This document shows, piece after piece, positions 19,024-28,034 of a stretch of DNA of 48,171 nucleotides. The stretch is from assembly GCA_010092775.1 (NCBI GenBank), contig JAADYZ010000089.1:1-48171 (forward strand), written 5' to 3'. The DNA is from Chloroflexota bacterium (lineage in GTDB: Bacteria > Chloroflexota > Anaerolineae > Aggregatilineales > UBA3940). The notes below the pieces were generated by a model. The model was given only the letters and a program-made list of their open reading frames with translations, was not told the DNA's origin and searched no databases. The position numbers and the translations under genes are program-made. Each line of letters begins with the position of its first letter. Positions within the stretch are counted from its first letter, which is position 1.

Positions 19024-20820
19024 ATGCTGACATCCTCTGAACTTATTCTCATCGCTATTCTGCTGGGGCTGTTTGGTCTGCTATTCATCGCAAGATTAAA
19101 GATGGAACTGGTCGCGATTTTGGTCCTGTTGGCGCTCAGTTTCAGCGGATTGGTCACGCCGCAGCAAGCACTCTCTGGCTTTAGCAGTTCGGTCGTCATC
19201 ACCCTGATTGGGCTGTTTGTGATCACGCGCGGATTGGAAGATACCGGTGTGGTCCAGTGGATCGGTGGTCAACTCAATCGCTTGGGCAATGGGGCGGAAC
19301 TGCGGCTCATCCCACTTTTTATGCTGGCAGGGTCGACCTTGTCGCTGATCATGAACAATGTGGCGGCAGGTGCGATGCTGCTGCCAGCAGCCGTGCATGT
19401 CTCCAAATCCTCAGATGTACCCGTCTCACGGCTGTTGATGCCATTATCTTTTGGGACCCTGGTCGGTGGCATGGCTACCTATTTGACGACAGCCAACATC
19501 GTGATGAGTGAACTGCTTCTGAGTCGGGACCTTGACGGCCTGAACATGTTTGACTTCATGCCGACTGGCGGGTTGATTGTCTTGGCGACCGTGCTGTATA
19601 TGTCCTTAATTGGGCGGCGCCTGCTACCTGAACGTGACGCGCTGAGCGTGGCAACGATGCTGCCCGATCTTCAGCAGACCTATCAACTTGGTGAGCGTTT
19701 CTGGGAAGTGCCCATCACACCAGACTCCGAGCTGGCCGGTTTGTCGCTCAGAGAATCCAAGATCGGCGAGCGGTTGGGCTTGACCGTTGTGGCGATCTCA
19801 CGTGGGCGGCAGATCATATCAGCCCCTAGCTCCGACGAGCGCATTCAGACCGGTGATCGTCTACTGGTGATTGGTCGGCAGGAGCGCGTTGATCATCTTA
19901 GAGGGCAAGGGGCGCACTTGCTGCGCGACGCAGAACGAGAGCGTCTGTTGAATGATATGCCGGGTGAAACCGCCGAGATCGTCATCGCGCCGCGTTCCAA
20001 CGCAGTCGGCAAAACACTCTCTCAGTTGAAATTCCGCGATCAGTTTGGGCTGATTGTCGTGGCACTGTGGCGAGAAAACCGTGCCTACCGGACGGACGTA
20101 GGCAAACGTGTCCTTGAAGTAGGTGATGCGCTCTTGGTTATGGGCGAGGCAAATGATGTACAGGCCCTTGCCGAGAACCGGAACTACATCGTCTTATCAG
20201 AGAGTTATGCCTCGACATCGTTCCGGCTGGAAAAGGCACCTTTCGCCGCGTTGATCACAGCATTGGTGTTGGCGGTCGCCATCTTCGACTTGTTCTCGCT
20301 GCCATTGGTCATGCTGTCAGGGGCTGCGTTGATGGTCCTGGCAGGCTGCATTGAGATGGACGACTTCTATGAGGCCGTCGAGTGGCGGGTGATCTTCCTG
20401 ATCGCAGCGATGCTCCCACTCAGTGTGGCGATTAGCGAGACCGGTCTGGCTGACCGCGTTGGGATGGCAATGGTCAATCTGCTGGCGGATTCCAGCGGGT
20501 TGATTCTGGTGACGGGGATGATCCTGCTGACGATGGCCGTCGTTCAGATCATAGGTGGTCAGGTGACGGCCCTGCTGATCGGGCCGATTGCCATCAACGC
20601 AGCGCTGCAATCCCAAGTCGACCCCCAGGCGATGGCGGTTGCGGTTGCCATGACCTGCTCGATGGCCTTCTTAACGCCCATTGCGCATCCGGTCAACCTG
20701 CTGGTGATGGGGCCGGGTGGCTACCATTTTGGCGATTTCTCACGAGTTGGCGTGGGTATGACGCTCGTGACCATCGCCACCATGCTGTTGGGATTGATCT
20801 TATTCTGGGGCCTGCGCTAG
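19024..20820 (+). CDS. SLC13/DASS-family anion permease with two central TrkA-C (RCK_C) domains
   Basis: Hydrophobic N- and C-terminal halves flank two repeats of ...GLTVVAISRGRQII...GDRLLVIG / ...GLIVVALWRENRAY...GDALLVMG. Confidence 0.85.
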   Translation: MLTSSELILIAILLGLFGLLFIARLKMELVAILVLLALSFSGLVTPQQALSGFSSSVVITLIGLFVITRGLEDTGVVQWIGGQLNRLGNGAELRLIPLFMLAGSTLSLIMNNVAAGAMLLPAAVHVSKSSDVPVSRLLMPLSFGTLVGGMATYLTTANIVMSELLLSRDLDGLNMFDFMPTGGLIVLATVLYMSLIGRRLLPERDALSVATMLPDLQQTYQLGERFWEVPITPDSELAGLSLRESKIGERLGLTVVAISRGRQIISAPSSDERIQTGDRLLVIGRQERVDHLRGQGAHLLRDAERERLLNDMPGETAEIVIAPRSNAVGKTLSQLKFRDQFGLIVVALWRENRAYRTDVGKRVLEVGDALLVMGEANDVQALAENRNYIVLSESYASTSFRLEKAPFAALITALVLAVAIFDLFSLPLVMLSGAALMVLAGCIEMDDFYEAVEWRVIFLIAAMLPLSVAISETGLADRVGMAMVNLLADSSGLILVTGMILLTMAVVQIIGGQVTALLIGPIAINAALQSQVDPQAMAVAVAMTCSMAFLTPIAHPVNLLVMGPGGYHFGDFSRVGVGMTLVTIATMLLGLILFWGLR

Positions 20821-21458
20821 ATGGCTGCCAAATCGAGAGGTGGCTCGCGGCGGTTGAAATCGTAGGCGGCCGCAGCGAGGACCGCTGATATCATCAACAG
20901 AAATTCTAAGGGGAGGAGGACAGCCCCCAAGCTCAGCAGCAGATCGTTGAAGAAGGTGCCCAGCACCCATTGTAGGGGAATCCAACCGAAGTAAGCGATG
21001 AGCAGCCAGGGCCATAAATTGGCAAACGCGTTTAGCATGGGCGCAGGTAAGGTATCCATGCCTTCCAGTGCTGTATTGATTCGGGTGGCCGTCAGCCCAG
21101 CGATCAGCCCAATGACGCCGGAGAAGAATCCTCCGCCCACCAGCAGAAGGACAATCGCCAGCCCGGCGATGACAAGGCCTACCCTAGGCCGTTGAATGAA
21201 GCCCACCGCCAAGATCAAAATCAACTCCGCGACAATCACCGTTACTATGCCACTAATCAACAGATTAGGCAGCAGACTCAGGGCTGGCAGGCAACCGTGC
21301 CAGACCAATGCAGGCTGACAGGGTGGGCCAATCGCATAGATGAGCAGCCCTTCAGCGGCGACACTTCCCTGGCTCACTTCGAATGCACCATGAGCCGTTC
21401 CCAATAGAGCCGCATAGGTAGCCAAAAGGGTGGCGGTAGTACGGATAGCCTGGTTCAT
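20817..21458 (-). CDS. Integral membrane protein of unknown function
   Basis: 213 aa with about six hydrophobic helices. Its stop shares the palindrome CTAG with the convergent permease gene. Confidence 0.6.
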   Translation of the reverse strand: MNQAIRTTATLLATYAALLGTAHGAFEVSQGSVAAEGLLIYAIGPPCQPALVWHGCLPALSLLPNLLISGIVTVIVAELILILAVGFIQRPRVGLVIAGLAIVLLLVGGGFFSGVIGLIAGLTATRINTALEGMDTLPAPMLNAFANLWPWLLIAYFGWIPLQWVLGTFFNDLLLSLGAVLLPLEFLLMISAVLAAAAYDFNRREPPLDLAAI

Positions 21459-21523
21459 TGAGGGCCGCCTTTCGTCGATTAGCTTAGGTCAAATCTACAA
21501 AATCTCAGTCTGATTCTCCGATT

Positions 21524-21560
21524 GTGATAAACGTCACTTTCGAGAGTGATAAACGTCACT
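21524..21560. promoter_or_regulatory. Two identical 15-bp operator-like boxes, GTGATAAACGTCACT, spaced 22 bp start to start
   Basis: Exact copies at 21524-21538 and 21546-21560. Each contains the inverted half-sites GTGA-N6-TCAC. They lie about 70-100 bp upstream of the arsR-like start. Confidence 0.45.
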
Positions 21561-21597
21561 GATGGGTGAGGATTAGGCCCGCTTATACTGATCATAG

Positions 21598-21615
21598 TAT
21601 TCGCATATCCGAATA
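21598..21615. promoter_or_regulatory. Palindrome TATTCG-catatc-CGAATA just upstream of the ArsR-family gene (candidate autoregulatory operator)
   Basis: Perfect 6-bp arms with an AT-rich centre, 15-24 nt before the candidate start codons. Confidence 0.4.
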
Positions 21616-21629
21616 GTTGGGCAGGTAAA

Positions 21630-21959
21630 TTGATCGTGATGATCCCTCAATTGGACGAGCTTAATCTTCTACACAGCAATATTTGTCAGGCTGTTGGTGA
21701 CCCCAAGCGCATCCAGATTCTATACGCTCTCTATGCACAACCTCAACACGTCTCGGCATTGGCGCGGGAACTCGACATGCCACAACCGACCGTGTCACGT
21801 CATCTGGCGCTGCTGCGCCAACGTGGGCTGGTGGTTGGCGAGCGAGATGGTGCGTCCGTAGTCTACAGCCTGACCGATACACGCATTATCGACGTGCTCG
21901 ATACGATGCGTGGCTTACTGCGCGACATTTTGGAACGTCATTCGAGCGTGATGGACTAG
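21630..21959 (+). CDS. ArsR/SmtB-family transcriptional regulator
   Basis: DPKRIQILYAL...HVSALARELDMPQPTVSRHLALLRQRGLV (wHTH). It has a single Cys (NICQAVGD). Start is ambiguous between TTG 21630, GTG 21636 and ATG 21639. Confidence 0.85.
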   Translation: MIVMIPQLDELNLLHSNICQAVGDPKRIQILYALYAQPQHVSALARELDMPQPTVSRHLALLRQRGLVVGERDGASVVYSLTDTRIIDVLDTMRGLLRDILERHSSVMD

Positions 21960-21986
21960 CTCGATTCAAAAAGAAATGCAGGCACG

Positions 21987-23411
21987 ATGAAGAACTTCAA
22001 GTTTATCTGGGCAATCGGCTCTGCGGTGACGGCTGCGATCATCGTCACGCCGATTGTGCTATTGATCTCGCCAGACCGCAACCAAGTGGTTGATCCTTGG
22101 CAGTATGTCGAAACACGCACCCCTGATACGGATCATTCAGCGCTGCTGCCTGGCCCCTACGAGACCGGCCAAGAGGTGACTGCCGCCTGTTTGGACTGTC
22201 ATCCTGATGCGGCGATTGATGTCTCTCACACCACCCAGTGGACTTGGCTGGCCGAGCCGGTCGAAGTGGAATGGCGCGATGAACTCGTTGAGACCGGGAA
22301 GGCCAATGTCCTCAACAATTTCTGTATTGGCATCCAATCCAATTGGACCGGCTGCACGCGCTGTCATGCCGGATATGGTTGGGAAGACGACAGCTTCGAC
22401 TTCAGCGCTGAAGAGAACGTCGACTGCCTGGTTTGCCATGATCAATCGGGGACTTATGCCAAAGGCAACGCGGGGCAGCCGGTCGAAGGTGTTGACCTGG
22501 CAATGGCAGCGCAGAGTGTGGGCACCCCGACACGTGCCAACTGTGGCTACTGCCACTTCAATGGCGGTGGAGGGAATGGCGTCAAACATGGTGACATGGA
22601 CGATTCGCTGCTGCACCCACCGGATGCTGTCGATGTCCATATGGGTGCCAACGACTTTCTATGCATCGACTGCCACACGACTGAGGATCATCTCATCAGT
22701 GGGCGTTCCATTTCCGTTAGCGTGGACGATGCGCATCAGATTGCTTGTGAAGACTGTCACGGCAGCAATACACATGACGACGACCGCATTTCCGCACACC
22801 TTGAATCGGTCGCCTGTGTAACCTGTCATGTTCCACTGGGCGCTCGGCGAGACCCCACCAAAATGCATTGGGATTGGTCAACAGCGGGGTTAGACATCGA
22901 AGAAGATGACCACGCTTACCTGAAGATCAAAGGCTCGTTCATTTATGAGAGCGATTTCGTCCCCGAGTATTTTTGGTACAACGGCACTGTGTCTTATCGC
23001 TATCTCATTGGTGACCCACTCGACCCCGATGGGGTAACGCAGATGAACCCACCCGCCGGTGACATCAATGATCCCACGGCGCAGATTTGGCCATTCAAGG
23101 TGCATGTGGCCACGCAGCCCTATGATACCGTTCACAACTACCTGCTTCAGCCGCAGACAGTCGGAGAAGACGGCTATTGGACGACCTTTGACTGGCTCGA
23201 CGCACTGACACGCGGCTCGGAAACAATCGGTCTGCCCTTTAGCGGCGAGTTTGGCTTCGCTGAAACTGAGATGTACTGGCCGCTGGCACACATGGTCGTG
23301 CCCGGCGAGCAAGCGCTTCAATGCACCGATTGTCACGGCGAGAACACACGCTTCGATTGGGAAGCACTCGGTTATCCGGGCGACCCAATGGTATGGGGAG
23401 GGCGTGACTAA
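21987..23411 (+). CDS. Octaheme c-type cytochrome, tetrathionate-reductase (OTR) family-like, membrane-anchored or secreted
   Basis: One N-terminal hydrophobic helix. Eight CxxCH motifs: CLDCH, CTRCH, CLVCH, CGYCH, CIDCH, CEDCH, CVTCH, CTDCH. Its size (474 aa) and the NNFCIG...CTRCHAGYGW context resemble OTR-type octahemes. Confidence 0.85.
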   Translation: MKNFKFIWAIGSAVTAAIIVTPIVLLISPDRNQVVDPWQYVETRTPDTDHSALLPGPYETGQEVTAACLDCHPDAAIDVSHTTQWTWLAEPVEVEWRDELVETGKANVLNNFCIGIQSNWTGCTRCHAGYGWEDDSFDFSAEENVDCLVCHDQSGTYAKGNAGQPVEGVDLAMAAQSVGTPTRANCGYCHFNGGGGNGVKHGDMDDSLLHPPDAVDVHMGANDFLCIDCHTTEDHLISGRSISVSVDDAHQIACEDCHGSNTHDDDRISAHLESVACVTCHVPLGARRDPTKMHWDWSTAGLDIEEDDHAYLKIKGSFIYESDFVPEYFWYNGTVSYRYLIGDPLDPDGVTQMNPPAGDINDPTAQIWPFKVHVATQPYDTVHNYLLQPQTVGEDGYWTTFDWLDALTRGSETIGLPFSGEFGFAETEMYWPLAHMVVPGEQALQCTDCHGENTRFDWEALGYPGDPMVWGGRD

Positions 23412-26176
23412 TGGGCCGCCTTATAGATCACATTCGTCATGTGATTGCGCGCAGCTCTCGGTTGCTGCGCTCTCCGTTGCTGCGCTCTCTGGTAGCTAGC
23501 GGTCTGACTGCCTTGCTGATTAGCCTGGCCTTGCTGGGCTGGAGTCAGGTATCTGCCCTGGGCGGTCCGCAAGAGAATTTGCCAGACGAAGCGCCCTTCC
23601 ATCCGACCTTTGCGCTGTTGGATGCGGATGGTGTGCATGTGTTGGAGAGTGGCAATCCCGTCTCAACGATGCAGACCTGTGGGTCTTGCCACGATGCTGG
23701 CTTTATCGCTGATCACAGCCATCACGTCGATCTGGGAATCAGCGCGTTGTACGATGAGCCAGGAGAAGAAGGGCGCCCTTGGGAGCTTGGATCAGGGACA
23801 TTCGGGCGCTGGGACCCCTTACTCTATCGTTATCTGACGCCAGAAGAGGCCGAGTTTGTCGATTTGACGACCCCTGAATGGTTGATGATCTATGGAACGC
23901 GCCATGTCGGTGGTGGTCCGGCGATGGTCAGCCGCGACGGCACGCTCCTCACCGACCTCACTCCCGATGCGGCTAACCCGGAGACCAGCATCGTTGATCC
24001 GGAAACAGGACAGCTAGTCGCGTGGGATTGGCAGGAGTCTGGTGTGACTGAGATGAACTGCTTCCTCTGCCACATGCCAAGTGCGAACAATGCCGCGCGC
24101 ATTGAGGCCTTGCAGGCTGGCCAGTTTGCCTGGGCGAATACGGCGACATTGCAGGACAGCGGCATCGTTGAGGCAGTGGATGGTGATTGGCAGTGGAATG
24201 CTGAGGCCTTTGGCCCGCAGGGTAATTTGTTGGCGCAGTTCGTCAACGTCCAGGACCCGACCGACGAGAACTGTGGCAACTGTCATGGTTTGGTGCATGT
24301 TGATGCGCAGACCCCGCTCGTCGTCGGCTCCTGTGAACCGGCAAACTACACAACCATCACGACTGGTCAGATCATTTCACCGCAGCGTCTCTCCAATACC
24401 GGCTTGAACCTAGAGGATAAGAACAGCTTAGGGCGGTCGTTCGATGTTCATGCAGAGCGTGTGGTTGGCTGTACAGACTGTCACTACTCCGCCAACAATC
24501 CAATCTACTTCCAGGAAGACGAGGCTTCACAGCCTGATCATTTGACCTTTGATCCGCGCCGCATCGACTTCAGTGAATATCTGGAGCGCCCCTTACACCA
24601 ATTCGCTGGGGGCGATGCACCGGGGCAAGCGCTGCGTGCGTGCGAGGACTGCCACTCTTTGGAGGCCACACACAATTGGCTGCCCTATAAAGAACAACAT
24701 GCTGAGGTGTTGAGCTGCGAATCATGCCATGTGCCATTGCTCTACGGTCCAGCCCGCGAATACACCGACTGGACCGTCTTGACCACCGATGGCAATCCGG
24801 CTTTCGCCTGCCGCGGCGTAGATGTCGAGGGCGAGACCTTCGTCGATGCTTTGATCCGAGGCTATCAACCGGTGCTGCTGCCACAAGAAAGTGAAGATGG
24901 CGGTGCCGAGTTGGCTCCTTACAATCTGGTGACCACCTGGTACTGGGTCCATGGTGAGCCGAGTCAACCCATTCCACTGCGCTATCTTCAGACGGTTTGG
25001 TTAGATGGGGACAACTACGCGACCGACGTTCTTGCCACTTTCGACCATGATGGTGACGATCTGCTCAGTGAAGCCGAGTTGGTCATCGACAGCGTGGACA
25101 AAGAAAGCCTGATCGCTGGAAAGCTGGCGACCCTTGGGCTGAGCGATCCACGCATTGTAGGCGATGTGCAGCCCTATGCCATCCATCACAATGTGACACA
25201 TGGCGAGTGGGCTACGCGCGACTGTGCTAGCTGCCATAGCGCCGAGTCTCTGTTGACCACGGCTATGCCCCTCTCTGATCGGATGCCGGGCGGCGTGCTG
25301 CCCAGCGTCTATCCGAATGATGGCGCACAGTTCACCGGACAGGTGATGGCTGACGCGGATGGGCAGTTGATCTATCAACCCATCACTGCAACTGAAGACA
25401 CCGATCTCTACGTGCTGGGCCATGAGAGCGTCGCCTGGGTGGACTGGTTCGGCATTCTCGCCTTCCTGGGTACCCTTGCAGGGGTGACCGTGCATGGCGG
25501 ACTGCGTTACTGGTCTGCCCGCCGCAGCGAACCAAGCGAAGCACACCTCCAAGAAGTCTACATGTACACGGTTTACGAACGGCTGTGGCATTGGCTGCAA
25601 ACCGCCACGATCTTCATCTTGCTGGGGACCGGTATCGTCATCCACAAGCCGGATATGTTTGGCATCCTGAGTTTCAGTTGGATGGTGCAGGTCCACAATA
25701 TTGTGGCTGCGATCCTGGTGATCAACGCGGCGCTGTCCGCCTTCTATCACTTTGCCAGCGGCGAGATACAGCAGTACCTGCCGCGACCGCGTGGGTTCTT
25801 CGATCAAGCCTTCCAGCAGGTGAAATTCTATGTGTGGGGTATCTTCCGCAACGAGCCTCACCCCTTCGAGAAATCGCCAACGCGGAAACTGAATCCGCTT
25901 CAACAGTTGACCTACTTGGCTATTCTGAACGTCCTGCTGCCCCTTCAAGTGATCACAGGTGCATTGATGTGGGGTATGCAGCAGTGGCCCTCAATTGCAA
26001 ACCAATTAGGTGGATTGCCTGTCCTTGCGCCACTGCACACGCTGGTGGCCTGGTTGTTCGCCTCGTTCATTGTGATGCACGTGTATCTCACCACGACCGG
26101 GCATCGCCCGCTCGCTGGTGTTCAATCGATGATTTTCGGCTGGGATGAACTTGAGACCCACGCCGCTACTGACTAA
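23411..26176 (+). CDS. Fusion protein of an extracytoplasmic heptaheme cytochrome c domain and a C-terminal four-helix cytochrome b (FdnI/HyaC/PhsC-type); CbcL-like quinol dehydrogenase
   Basis: Start overlaps the upstream stop (TAATG). N-terminal anchor helix. Seven CxxCH motifs: CGSCH, CFLCH, CGNCH, CTDCH, CEDCH, CESCH, CASCH. One TM at about nt 25436-25510. The cytochrome b module from about nt 25559 has conserved His in ERLWHW, VQVHN, APLHT and IVMHV. Confidence 0.85.
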   Translation: MGRLIDHIRHVIARSSRLLRSPLLRSLVASGLTALLISLALLGWSQVSALGGPQENLPDEAPFHPTFALLDADGVHVLESGNPVSTMQTCGSCHDAGFIADHSHHVDLGISALYDEPGEEGRPWELGSGTFGRWDPLLYRYLTPEEAEFVDLTTPEWLMIYGTRHVGGGPAMVSRDGTLLTDLTPDAANPETSIVDPETGQLVAWDWQESGVTEMNCFLCHMPSANNAARIEALQAGQFAWANTATLQDSGIVEAVDGDWQWNAEAFGPQGNLLAQFVNVQDPTDENCGNCHGLVHVDAQTPLVVGSCEPANYTTITTGQIISPQRLSNTGLNLEDKNSLGRSFDVHAERVVGCTDCHYSANNPIYFQEDEASQPDHLTFDPRRIDFSEYLERPLHQFAGGDAPGQALRACEDCHSLEATHNWLPYKEQHAEVLSCESCHVPLLYGPAREYTDWTVLTTDGNPAFACRGVDVEGETFVDALIRGYQPVLLPQESEDGGAELAPYNLVTTWYWVHGEPSQPIPLRYLQTVWLDGDNYATDVLATFDHDGDDLLSEAELVIDSVDKESLIAGKLATLGLSDPRIVGDVQPYAIHHNVTHGEWATRDCASCHSAESLLTTAMPLSDRMPGGVLPSVYPNDGAQFTGQVMADADGQLIYQPITATEDTDLYVLGHESVAWVDWFGILAFLGTLAGVTVHGGLRYWSARRSEPSEAHLQEVYMYTVYERLWHWLQTATIFILLGTGIVIHKPDMFGILSFSWMVQVHNIVAAILVINAALSAFYHFASGEIQQYLPRPRGFFDQAFQQVKFYVWGIFRNEPHPFEKSPTRKLNPLQQLTYLAILNVLLPLQVITGALMWGMQQWPSIANQLGGLPVLAPLHTLVAWLFASFIVMHVYLTTTGHRPLAGVQSMIFGWDELETHAATD
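23459..23488 (+). repeat. In-frame 15-bp tandem duplication inside the signal-anchor region
   Basis: cGgttgctgcgctct / cCgttgctgcgctct, encoding RLLRS-PLLRS. Confidence 0.8.
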
Positions 26177-26186
26177 GGAAAGGATC

Positions 26187-26771
26187 ATGGCGACTTATTC
26201 CCCTACACAAGATCAACCTAGCCCGCCTGCCCGCTGGCTGGAGAACCTGTTTGCCAAACGCGAAGCACGCGACTACATCAACCCCTACCTGGCCGGTATT
26301 CTACTCGGGCTGGTCCTCTTTGGAGCCTTCTTCGTGACGGGTAGTGGCCTCGGCGCGTCAGGTGGGCTCAATCGTCTGGTGGTCTTTGTCGAAGACTTGA
26401 TCATCCCGGCCCATGTCGATCGCACGCCTTATCTGATCACAATGGCGGGTGGTGATCGTAACCCGCTCGATAGCTGGATCGTCTTCTTAACTCTCGGCAC
26501 GATCGTTGGTGGCTTCGCTTCAGGATGGCTGAACGGGCGTGTCAAGCTCGAGACCAACAAGGGACCGAACATCACCCCTCAGACACGCTGGATGATGGCA
26601 TTCATCGGCGGCTCGGTGATGGGCTTTGGCGCCCGCTTGGCGCGTGGCTGCACATCTGGTCAAGCTCTATCTGGTGGCGCGGTCTTGTCGGTCGGAAGTT
26701 GGGCCTTTATGTTTGCCGTCTTCGGTGGCGGCTATGCGCTGGCGTACTTTGTGCGCAAGCTGTGGAACTAG
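26187..26771 (+). CDS. YeeE/YedE-family (sulfur transport, half-size) membrane protein
   Basis: ATG preceded by AAGGAAAGGA. Conserved GARLARGCTSGQALSGG motif. About four to five TM helices. The longer ORF start at 26145 overlaps the upstream gene and lacks an RBS. Confidence 0.8.
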   Translation: MATYSPTQDQPSPPARWLENLFAKREARDYINPYLAGILLGLVLFGAFFVTGSGLGASGGLNRLVVFVEDLIIPAHVDRTPYLITMAGGDRNPLDSWIVFLTLGTIVGGFASGWLNGRVKLETNKGPNITPQTRWMMAFIGGSVMGFGARLARGCTSGQALSGGAVLSVGSWAFMFAVFGGGYALAYFVRKLWN

Positions 26772-26780
26772 GAGGATCAC

Positions 26781-28016
26781 ATGGCACCGTTTCCCCTTCC
26801 ACTTACTGAACTTCTGGGCCATTGGGGCTCTTACATTGTCTATCTGCTGATTGGCTTCGCCTTTGGCGCTGTCCTTGAGATGGCGGGCTTTGGCAACTCC
26901 AAGAAGCTGGCTGCTCAGTTCTACTTCAAAGAGCAGACCGTGCTCAAGGTGATGTTCACTGCCATCATCGTTGCGATGGTGGGCGTCTTTCTCGCCTCGG
27001 CTCTTGGCCTGTTGGACTACAATTTGATCTGGGTCAACCCGACCTATTTGTGGCCCGGCATCGTTGGCGGCCTGCTGATGGGGGTGGGTTTCATTGTCGG
27101 GGGCTTCTGCCCTGGCACGTCGTTGGTCGCGGCGGCTACAGCCAAGCTAGATGGCATCTTCTTCGTGCTCGGCGTCTTCTTTGGCATCTTCCTCTTCGGT
27201 GAGACAGTGGGCCTGTTCGAAGGCTTCTTTCATTCATCGTACATGGGCCGCTTCACTCTGCCCGAGTTGTTCAACGCGCCAACCGGCATCATCGTGATTG
27301 GTGTGGTGTTCATGGCACTCTTCATGTTCTGGGGTGCCGAACAGCTCGAACGGATCGTAGGTGGTATGGACACGAAGAATGCCCCCAAGTGGCGCTTCGC
27401 TGCTGCGGGTGGCCTGGTCGCTACAGCCGTCTTGGTCTTTGTGATTGGCCAACCCACCGCTGAAGATCGCTGGGCGCGGGTTGCTGATGAACGCGAGCTA
27501 CAGCTTGCCGAGCGCGAAGTACAGATTCACCCCGGTGAGTTGTTGGAGGTTATTCATGATCCGGCTATCAACATCATCATGCTCGACGTGCGCGATGAGG
27601 TGGACTATAACTTGTTCCACATCACCGATGCGCAGCATGTTGGCCAAAATGAATTGGCCGAAATGGTCCCGGTCTTGCATCTTGAACCTACTAACACCGT
27701 CTTCGTGGTCATGAGCAATGATGAGGTCCGCGCAACAGAGGCCTGGCGCTTCTTGATCGCGGAAAGCGTGCCCAATGTCTATATTCTTGAGGGGGGCGTC
27801 AATCGGTGGATCGCAACCTTCGCGAACGAAGAGTTTCTGACGACGGTAGCTACCCCCACCCCAAGCGCAAATGATGCTCTCGCTTATAGTTTTGGAGCGG
27901 CCCTAGGTGCGCGTCATCCGGTAGCTTACCCTGATCCACATGTTTTTGAGCTGGAGTATGATAAGAAGATCGAGCTGGAGATCAAACGTGGCCCCACCAG
28001 CGGCGGCTGCGGATAG
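26781..28016 (+). CDS. YeeE/YedE-family half-transporter fused to a C-terminal rhodanese-homology domain
   Basis: GGAGGA RBS. GGFCPGTSLVAA motif. The C-terminal domain reads IMLDVRDEVDYNLFHITDAQHV...VFVVMSNDEVRATEA...YILEGGVNRW. Ser occupies the expected catalytic Cys position, and the protein ends in SGGCG. Confidence 0.8.
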   Translation: MAPFPLPLTELLGHWGSYIVYLLIGFAFGAVLEMAGFGNSKKLAAQFYFKEQTVLKVMFTAIIVAMVGVFLASALGLLDYNLIWVNPTYLWPGIVGGLLMGVGFIVGGFCPGTSLVAAATAKLDGIFFVLGVFFGIFLFGETVGLFEGFFHSSYMGRFTLPELFNAPTGIIVIGVVFMALFMFWGAEQLERIVGGMDTKNAPKWRFAAAGGLVATAVLVFVIGQPTAEDRWARVADERELQLAEREVQIHPGELLEVIHDPAINIIMLDVRDEVDYNLFHITDAQHVGQNELAEMVPVLHLEPTNTVFVVMSNDEVRATEAWRFLIAESVPNVYILEGGVNRWIATFANEEFLTTVATPTPSANDALAYSFGAALGARHPVAYPDPHVFELEYDKKIELEIKRGPTSGGCG

Positions 28017-28034
28017 AGCCGATCGATTTCTAGA

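Noticed and set aside
21524-21560. Possible CRISPR or other repeat array, because of the identical 15-mers.
   Set aside because: There are only two copies with a 7-bp spacer, in a promoter region. That is consistent with operators, not an array.
25001-25948. 315-aa ORF antisense to the cytochrome c/b fusion gene. Similar long antisense ORFs occur at 244..981, 13741..14478, 22137..22640, 28730..29425, 32609..33289, 34144..34833, 37983..38540 and 45508..46029.
   Set aside because: Each lies entirely inside a gene with clear family motifs on the opposite strand. Their translations are Arg/Gly/His/Pro-rich and motif-free. Long antisense ORFs are expected in GC-rich DNA.
26145-26186. Upstream start (26145) for the first YeeE/YedE gene.
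   Set aside because: It overlaps the cytochrome gene by 32 nt and lacks an RBS. The ATG at 26187 has an AAGGAAAGGA Shine-Dalgarno.
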